A DNA stretch of 50,843 nucleotides from an uncultured Burkholderiales bacterium (lineage in GTDB: Bacteria; Pseudomonadota; Gammaproteobacteria; Burkholderiales; REEB80), in contig CAYYOS010000002.1 of NCBI GenBank assembly GCA_964473355.1, positions 1 through 50,843 of the forward strand. Reading direction: 5' to 3'. This document shows positions 44,873 to 50,843 of the stretch, piece after piece (the stretch's first letter is position 1; every line of letters begins with the position of its first letter). The notes beneath the pieces are model-generated. The model had not been told where the DNA came from. It did no database searches and saw nothing but the letters and a program-made list of their open reading frames with translations. The position numbers and the translations under genes were made by a program.

Positions 44873-44943
44873 GTCCCCAGCTATGCCATTTAACTTGTAA
44901 TACCGCCGTGCTCTGCTAGGATGAAGTAACAAGGAATAATAAT

Positions 44944-47190
44944 ATGCGCAACGTTATCCCTCTCCATTATCGTCCTAGCTTTTCCATCAGGCATTTTTTT
45001 TGGGCCTTTGCAATCGGCGTAGCGGTTGTCTTTGCAATCAGCGCCTGGGCAATGTGGGGGGAGCTCAATTCTCTGCGCGCGAGTATGTATCAAAAAAATC
45101 TACAGGCGGCCAAGGGCGAATTGCAAACCGCGGTGTTTGCCAGTTTGGGCATGGCCACATTTATCGCGCAAAATCTAAGCGAAGATGAAGATGTACTAGA
45201 TATGCTCGCAGGACCAGTGAACTACGCTCGCTGGAAGAAGAGGAAACTCCGGAATTTAGCGGTCGCGCCTTGGACTCTCGCTGGCATGGATTTATACGAT
45301 AAAGAGGGCGATAGCTTAAACTTGGCTAATGATAGGGACCCGGGAATGCCCCCACGGGTGTTCAGCAGCGAGGCACGAAGAATTTTAGTACGAGAAAAAA
45401 ACCAGGATTTTTTATATGTCTTTTTGCCGGTTAATAGCTCTGGGGCTGCGCCTAAACTCCGCGGGTATGTGGGCATCAAACTAAACTTTTTGCAGTCTTT
45501 GCACCAAGCCCAACGGTATCGCTACCTGGACGCCCGCAGCCTTTCCTTGCAGCAAATTACTAGCGACCAACCCACCCCGGCGCAAATCGTTGAGCGCATG
45601 TCGTTTAAGTTAATGCACGACCCCGAGGCCCAAGCCCTGGAACAAATGACCACCAACTCGTTTACACGGATTGCCTTAATTCTTATAGCGATTTGGATGT
45701 GCGCCTATTTTCTATCTATTTATTTAGTGGGTCGGCCGCTGCTGCGCTTTTCCAAATACTTGGATTTTATGCGCAGCAAGCGTTCTCCTCGACTTTTGGA
45801 AGACGGCGCCTTAGGGTTGTATTCGATAAGGGAACTGGAAAACGTTCGCAAGTCCTTTAACGATTATCAAACTAAGTTGCACGACCTCAATGCCAGTGTT
45901 GAGGATATGGGCAAGGAATTAATTACCTTAACCCACCATGACGCGCTCACCGGAGTATGTAACCGCCACGCCTTCGAAGCCCATTGGGAAAAACTATTAA
46001 CGGGCGCTAAACCCCGTGACGACCAAGTGGCGTTCATGCTGTTTAATTGCGACGATTTCAAGACCATTAACGATACCTACGGACATACGGCAGGTGATTA
46101 CGTCATACGAGGCATCGCCGAATCGCTTTCTACGGCATTAAGGCAGCGCGATCTGCTATATCGGATGTACGGTGACGAATTTGCTACCTTACTCATGAAT
46201 GTGGATAGTATCAATGCCCAAGAGATTGCCACAAAGTGCCTCCAACAAATCTCCAAGTATGACTTTAAACCCTTTGGCATTACCCAACCCGTACGAGTAA
46301 GTGCGGCAATTGCCTATACCGGCAGCGGGGATGACGAGGAATTTAATTTACTGCGCAAGCAAGCGGATATTGCCATGTTTTACGCAAAGCGCATGGTAGA
46401 AAACAAAGTTGCGATTTATAAGCCGGATATGGAAAAAAATGGGCTCTTCGTTTCGAGCCCCGGCATCACCGCCGTCTATGCGGCCATTACCAATCCTCAA
46501 CATATCCGCATGCACTATCAAAAAATGCTTCGCTTAGCGAATTCTGAGATCGCCTACTATGAAGCGTTAGTCCGCATTCAGGACGGGGAGCGGCTAATTA
46601 TGCCTGCCGATATTTTTCCGGTTGTGGAGTCTAAACGTTTAAACGTGGAATTCGATCTGGCTATATTTAAATGCATACAAGCTGATTTGCAACGGGGCAT
46701 TATCCCAAAAGGTGTCGGTATCTCGATCAATGTCTCCGGCCCCAGTATTATTAACACCACTGTGTTGGAAAAGCTGCTCACTTTAGCTATTTTTATCCAA
46801 GAGCACCCTTTACTAATCGAGGTAACGGAAACAGTTTTAATAACCCACATCAGTCAAGCCTCGGTGAATTTAAGCGTCTTGCGTAAGGCCGGTTTTCGAA
46901 TTGCCTTGGATGACTTCGGTAGCGGTTATTCATCATTTCGCTATCTAGCCAACATGCCGGTGGATATTGTGAAGTTTGACATTTCTTTAATTCGGGTTTT
47001 AAGCGGAGATTCACCGCAAAGCAAGGTCATTGAGAATCTCGCGCATCTCATTTTAAATGCCGGCTACGAACTGGTTGCCGAAGGCATAGAAAACCAAGCA
47101 GTATTAAATAAGGTTTTGCGCTTGGGCTTCGCCTACGCCCAAGGCGAGATTTTTGAAATGCCCAAAGAATTGAATCTCACAGCGCCGTAG
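44944..47190 (+). CDS. Membrane-bound GGDEF-EAL protein with an uncharacterised periplasmic sensor domain; GGDEF motif is YGDEF
   Basis: 748 aa. TM1 (FFWAFAIGVAVVFAISAWAMW), a loop of ~200 aa, TM2 (IALILIAIWMCAYFLSIYLV), a linker, then a GGDEF domain with RQRDLLYRMYGDEF (YGDEF at 46168-46182). The EAL domain has all the usual motifs (YEALVR, EVTE, DDFGSGYSS, EGIE, QGE). Confidence 0.88.
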   Translation: MRNVIPLHYRPSFSIRHFFWAFAIGVAVVFAISAWAMWGELNSLRASMYQKNLQAAKGELQTAVFASLGMATFIAQNLSEDEDVLDMLAGPVNYARWKKRKLRNLAVAPWTLAGMDLYDKEGDSLNLANDRDPGMPPRVFSSEARRILVREKNQDFLYVFLPVNSSGAAPKLRGYVGIKLNFLQSLHQAQRYRYLDARSLSLQQITSDQPTPAQIVERMSFKLMHDPEAQALEQMTTNSFTRIALILIAIWMCAYFLSIYLVGRPLLRFSKYLDFMRSKRSPRLLEDGALGLYSIRELENVRKSFNDYQTKLHDLNASVEDMGKELITLTHHDALTGVCNRHAFEAHWEKLLTGAKPRDDQVAFMLFNCDDFKTINDTYGHTAGDYVIRGIAESLSTALRQRDLLYRMYGDEFATLLMNVDSINAQEIATKCLQQISKYDFKPFGITQPVRVSAAIAYTGSGDDEEFNLLRKQADIAMFYAKRMVENKVAIYKPDMEKNGLFVSSPGITAVYAAITNPQHIRMHYQKMLRLANSEIAYYEALVRIQDGERLIMPADIFPVVESKRLNVEFDLAIFKCIQADLQRGIIPKGVGISINVSGPSIINTTVLEKLLTLAIFIQEHPLLIEVTETVLITHISQASVNLSVLRKAGFRIALDDFGSGYSSFRYLANMPVDIVKFDISLIRVLSGDSPQSKVIENLAHLILNAGYELVAEGIENQAVLNKVLRLGFAYAQGEIFEMPKELNLTAP

Positions 47191-47228
47191 CACTTTACAA
47201 GTAAGGCAAATGGCGTTTAAATTCCCTT

Positions 47229-47768
47229 ATGCGCCTGCTTTCGATTTATTTATTGATAGCACTATTCAGCTTTCCCTATCAGGGCAACGCCGAGGGTTGG
47301 CCAGCGGACGAGTCGCCGCCACCGGGTTCGGCATTGCTGAATTCCACCGCACCCTTGGCAGCAGAGATCGTTTTATATTCTTTAAGTCTAACCGGAACAC
47401 AGTACAGGTTCGGTGGCGATTCCCCCGATAAAGGCTTCGATTGCAGCGGCTTGATTCGCCACGTTTATCAGAGCGTGGCGGGTTTGTTGCTTCCTCACAG
47501 CGCGCAGGCGATATATGCGGCGGCAACCAAAGTGTCCTTAGATGAACTCCAGCCTGGTGACGTTGTCTTCTACAATACCTTAAAGCGGGCCTACTCCCAT
47601 GTTGGAATTTATTTGGGTAATCAACGCTTCATTCACGCTGCCAGCAGTGGGCGTAGCACGCAGGTGTCGACCATGACGGATAAATATTGGGCTAAAAGGT
47701 ATAACGGCGCCGGGCGACTAATCGCACCCGTTCTGCCGTCGTTAGTACTTACGGAGGAATCCCCATAA
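47229..47768 (+). CDS. NlpC/P60 (C40) family cell-wall peptidase, secreted
   Basis: 179 aa. Signal peptide, then YRFGGDSPDKGFDCSGLIRHVY (catalytic Cys), then GDVVFYNT...YSHVGIYLGNQRFIHA (catalytic His). Confidence 0.88.
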   Translation: MRLLSIYLLIALFSFPYQGNAEGWPADESPPPGSALLNSTAPLAAEIVLYSLSLTGTQYRFGGDSPDKGFDCSGLIRHVYQSVAGLLLPHSAQAIYAAATKVSLDELQPGDVVFYNTLKRAYSHVGIYLGNQRFIHAASSGRSTQVSTMTDKYWAKRYNGAGRLIAPVLPSLVLTEESP

Positions 47769-48538
47769 TGTATAGACACTGTTTAAAGGTGACGGTCTTG
47801 GCGCCGATGGCGGCAATTGTTTTCATGACCTCCGTTATGGCTGCCGATTTAACTGCTCAGGAAAAGGAAGATTGGTTTAACGCGGATCCGGAGAAAACTG
47901 CGGCCCAGGTCAACGAAGGGGTGTTAGTTTTTTTAAATAAGCCCCCAACGCAATTGGTTCATCATCACGACAACAGCGTCGTCATCACCAAAAATACCTT
48001 AAAGGACGGCTGGTCCGCCATGACCCAATGTCATCAAAACTTGGATCAGGTCCCAAGGGCACAAATCATGTTTAATCGCGAACGCACCCGTGCCCTCAAA
48101 ATCCAGTCCTACAGCGGCATCAAGAGAGCATGGGTGGAAGAGAACTCGGTGCAACTAGAGGACATGGGTCCAGGTGCTAAGCTTTGTGTTACGGCGGAAT
48201 CTCACAATTTGGTCAATAACGGTGATGGGACTTATAGCTTGTTTAATGGGCCTTTTATGCGGCGATTTTTAGATGGCTACTATCCTATGCGCGTTTCGAT
48301 GAATGTTCGCCTGGCGAGCGCGGAAATGAAATTTGTCGAAATTTATCCGACGAACCAAGAAGGGTTTAAGGTTTGGCAAACTCCTAGAGAAATGCACTTC
48401 GACGCTTGGTTTGAAGGAAAATTAATTACCGAAATTAAATTAAAAACGACAAAGAAGCGCGAACCTGCGGCATTAAAATCTCAGAGCAATCCGTTTTCAG
48501 CAAAAGAAAGCGTCGCATTTTTACCCACGATAAAGTGA
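47768..48538 (+). CDS. Hypothetical secreted protein (no family recognised)
   Basis: 256 aa. Signal-like N-terminus ([20 protein letters not shown]). Its ATG overlaps the TAA of the NlpC/P60 gene (TAATG), which suggests translational coupling. I recognise no motifs. Confidence 0.5.
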   Translation: MYRHCLKVTVLAPMAAIVFMTSVMAADLTAQEKEDWFNADPEKTAAQVNEGVLVFLNKPPTQLVHHHDNSVVITKNTLKDGWSAMTQCHQNLDQVPRAQIMFNRERTRALKIQSYSGIKRAWVEENSVQLEDMGPGAKLCVTAESHNLVNNGDGTYSLFNGPFMRRFLDGYYPMRVSMNVRLASAEMKFVEIYPTNQEGFKVWQTPREMHFDAWFEGKLITEIKLKTTKKREPAALKSQSNPFSAKESVAFLPTIK

Positions 48539-49155
48539 TCTAACACTCTTACGTCCACCAATTGCAACGCCTTTTGTAAATTCAGTGTGAGTATCTTATC
48601 CGCCGAACTGGGCTGCGCGGCGCCATCAGGATGGTTGTGAGCAAACATCAAAGCGGCAGCGTTGTGATGCAGGGCGCGCTTAACTACCTCGCGAGGATAA
48701 ACGCTGGTCTCAGTTAGCGTTCCACAAAATAATTCTTCGGACGCAATCACCTGGTGTTGTACATTTAAAAATATTGCCATAAAGACCTCGTGCTGGCGCC
48801 CACCCAGCGACAGTCGCAAATAGTCGCGCACCAGGGTGGGTGAAGAAAGCGCCCCGGTTTCTTTTAAATTTTCTGCCAGGCTACGCCGTGCCAATTCTAC
48901 GATAGCCTGCAATTGGGTGTACTTTGCCGGGCCCACCCCGGGAATTTTCACACACTCAACCAAACTCGCCGCAAATAGTTGCTTTAAAGACCCAAAATGT
49001 GCCAATAGTTCTCGCGCCAAATCCACTGCGCTTTTGCCTTTGCGGCCGGTGCGCAAAAATACCGCCAGTAATTCGGCATCCGATAAACTGGCGGGGCCTT
49101 GCGTAACCAGCTTTTCGCGCGGCCGCTCATTTGCCGGCCAATCATTAATCGCCAT
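48481..49155 (-). CDS. radC: RadC-family JAB-domain protein (UPF0758)
   Basis: The start was trimmed to [16 protein letters not shown]... (complement of 49153-49155), giving 224 aa, the usual RadC size. Motifs: [13 protein letters not shown], HhH segment [12 protein letters not shown], and JAB motif [17 protein letters not shown]. Located in the radC-coaBC-dut context. Confidence 0.9.
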   Translation of the reverse strand: MAINDWPANERPREKLVTQGPASLSDAELLAVFLRTGRKGKSAVDLARELLAHFGSLKQLFAASLVECVKIPGVGPAKYTQLQAIVELARRSLAENLKETGALSSPTLVRDYLRLSLGGRQHEVFMAIFLNVQHQVIASEELFCGTLTETSVYPREVVKRALHHNAAALMFAHNHPDGAAQPSSADKILTLNLQKALQLVDVRVLDHFIVGKNATLSFAENGLL

Positions 49156-49177
49156 GGTGGAGGGATTCACGTAAAAT

Positions 49178-50437
49178 ATGTCCATTATGGAACAAAAGCC
49201 AAAACGGCGCATATTACTAGGCATCACGGGTGGCATTGCGGCGTACAAAGCTGCGGAATTTGTGCGTCTGGCAACGGCAGCGAATTTTGATGTACGAGTC
49301 GTACTCACGGAAGCCGCCACCCAGTTTGTTACTCCTACCACGCTGCAGGCCTTGAGCGGTAATCCCGTTTATAGCGGGTTGTGGGACAGACGCGTTCCTA
49401 ACGCGATGGGTCATATTGAGTTAAGCCGCGACGCTGAATTAATACTCGTTGCCCCCGCTTCGGCCAATTTTATGGCCAAGTTAGCGCATGGTTTGGCGGA
49501 TGATTTACTTTCGACCTTATGCCTGGCTCGCGCCTGTCCTTTGGTTATCGCGCCCGCCATGAATCGTGAAATGTGGCTCAAGCCTGCGACTCAGCGCAAT
49601 GCCGATTCCTTGCGTCAAGATGGCATTCGCCTTATTGAACCTGAAGCTGGTCTTCAAGCATGTGGTGAAACCGGCATTGGGCGCATGGCCGAACCAGCAA
49701 GTTTGCTGGACCATATTACCGCCTTACTCGCACCCCGAGTCTTGCTAGGCCGTCGCGTGCTAATCACAGCCGGGCCGACCCTTGAAGCCATCGATCCCGT
49801 CCGTACGATTACCAATTTGAGTTCCGGAAAAATGGGTTATGCCGTGGCACAAGCGGCTATTGACGCTGGCGCGGAAGTGACTTTAATTAGCGGCCCCACT
49901 GCGCTGCTTCCTCCCCGAGCAGCGAAATTCATTTCCGCTATTAGCGCGGATGCCATGTATGTAGCGGTAATGCAAGAATTAGATCGGGCGGACATTTTTA
50001 TTAGCGCAGCGGCAGTCAGTGACTATAAAATTGCTACACCCGCGCAACACAAAATAAAAAAAAGCGCCGCAGAGCTAAACTTGACGCTCACGCCTACCAA
50101 AGATATTTTACGGGCAGTCGCGAATTTGCCACAGCCGCCTTTCTGCGTCGGTTTTGCAGCGGAAACCTCGGAGCTAGGCAGCCAAGTTGAGGATAAACGA
50201 CTATCAAAAAATCTTCCGCTTATTGCGGCCAATCGTGTTCCGCAAGCTTTTGGTAGCGACGAAAATGAATTGGTGCTCTACGATCAAAACGGTCGCCACA
50301 CTTTACCACGTGGCCCAAAAATCGAGGTGGCGCGAACCTTAATTGGCCACATCGCGCAGATGCTGGGAGAGCGCGCCATAGGGAAATCTAGCTCGCCTAC
50401 TAAGATCGGCAGCGTGGCGCACATAAAAGCAAAATAG
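49178..50437 (+). CDS. coaBC: Bifunctional phosphopantothenoylcysteine decarboxylase / phosphopantothenate-cysteine ligase
   Basis: 419 aa. [14 protein letters not shown] flavoprotein motif, PAMNREMW, and [10 protein letters not shown] in the CoaB half. The alternative ATG at 49187 is equally possible. Confidence 0.95.
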   Translation: MSIMEQKPKRRILLGITGGIAAYKAAEFVRLATAANFDVRVVLTEAATQFVTPTTLQALSGNPVYSGLWDRRVPNAMGHIELSRDAELILVAPASANFMAKLAHGLADDLLSTLCLARACPLVIAPAMNREMWLKPATQRNADSLRQDGIRLIEPEAGLQACGETGIGRMAEPASLLDHITALLAPRVLLGRRVLITAGPTLEAIDPVRTITNLSSGKMGYAVAQAAIDAGAEVTLISGPTALLPPRAAKFISAISADAMYVAVMQELDRADIFISAAAVSDYKIATPAQHKIKKSAAELNLTLTPTKDILRAVANLPQPPFCVGFAAETSELGSQVEDKRLSKNLPLIAANRVPQAFGSDENELVLYDQNGRHTLPRGPKIEVARTLIGHIAQMLGERAIGKSSSPTKIGSVAHIKAK

Positions 50438-50439
50438 CA

Positions 50440-50843
50440 GTGCAACCTTCAGCCACCCCCAACCATCAGGATTTAGCTGTTAACTACCGCATCTTAGATG
50501 AGCGGATACGCGCCTTGCCGCCAACGTACGCCAGCGTCGGCGCAGCGGGCGTAGATCTACGCGCCTGCTTGGATGCCCCCTTATCTTTAGCGCCCGGGCA
50601 AACGGAGTTAATTCCCACCGGCATCGCCATACACCTGGCAAATCCTAACGTCGCGGCAGTAATCTTACCCCGTTCCGGCCTAGGTCATAAACACGGCATC
50701 GTATTAGGTAACCTTGTTGGCTTAATCGATTCTGATTATCAAGGACAGTTGTTTGTTTCATGCTGGAATCGCAGTAGCGATACCTTCGTCGTGCAGCCCA
50801 TGGAGCGCATTGCGCAATTGGTCATCGTGCCAGTGATTCAAGC
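50440..50843 (+). CDS. dut: dUTP diphosphatase, N-terminal ~134 codons (runs off the right window edge)
   Basis: Not in the ORF track (open at the edge). Hand translation from the GTG at 50440 gives [44 protein letters not shown]...[36 protein letters not shown]...[13 protein letters not shown]. This is a near-textbook match to the Dut motifs. It follows coaBC, as in E. coli. Confidence 0.93.
   Translation, partial: MQPSATPNHQDLAVNYRILDERIRALPPTYASVGAAGVDLRACLDAPLSLAPGQTELIPTGIAIHLANPNVAAVILPRSGLGHKHGIVLGNLVGLIDSDYQGQLFVSCWNRSSDTFVVQPMERIAQLVIVPVIQ

Noticed and set aside
49156-49341. 62-codon N-terminal extension of the radC ORF, overlapping the coaBC start.
   Set aside because: The extension has no RadC similarity. 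RadC proteins are about 224 aa and begin like [16 protein letters not shown]. The extension would overlap the divergent coaBC gene.

Overview
This is a 50.8-kb chromosomal window with gammaproteobacterial-type gene order. It is about 90% coding. I saw no rRNA, tRNA, CRISPR array, transposase or integrase. All calls come from reading the supplied ORF translations and the raw sequence by eye; no searches were run. Coordinates follow the ORF track, with starts trimmed where a better-supported internal start exists.

Left part, all on the minus strand except one aldo/keto reductase gene: adk (partial), kdsB, a 59-aa Trm112/YcaR-like gene missing from the ORF track, lpxK, a divergent WaaA-like gene, the Tat-signal aldo/keto reductase (plus strand), a BON lipoprotein, miaA, ftsB, eno, kdsA and pyrG.

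Right part: the classic block rpsB-tsf-pyrH-frr-uppS-cdsA-dxr-rseP-bamA-skp-lpxD-fabZ-lpxA-lpxB-rnhB on the minus strand. It is followed by a YoaA/DinG-like helicase, a second GGDEF-EAL protein, an NlpC/P60 peptidase, radC, coaBC and dut (partial, also missing from the track).

The middle, about 10.4-27.6 kb, looks accessory. It holds a TonB-dependent receptor, a TrmH-family methyltransferase and an EgtB/SenA-like sulfoxide-synthase homologue. It also holds a 1170-aa MHYT-PAS-GAF-PAS-GGDEF-EAL protein and a short glycosyltransferase.

The best candidate for a functionally unassigned system lies here too. It is a tightly packed, all-membrane-anchored operon (YciC-like, DUF4129-like, DUF4350-like, MoxR AAA+, DUF58) convergent with an RDD-SpoIIM fusion gene.

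Three non-coding elements stand out:
- Two inverted copies of a ~375-bp GC-rich hairpin-mosaic repeat (20160-20530 and 41750-42124), which differ by stem-preserving substitutions.
- A 246-bp GC-rich element with 15-bp perfect terminal inverted repeats, between kdsA and eno.
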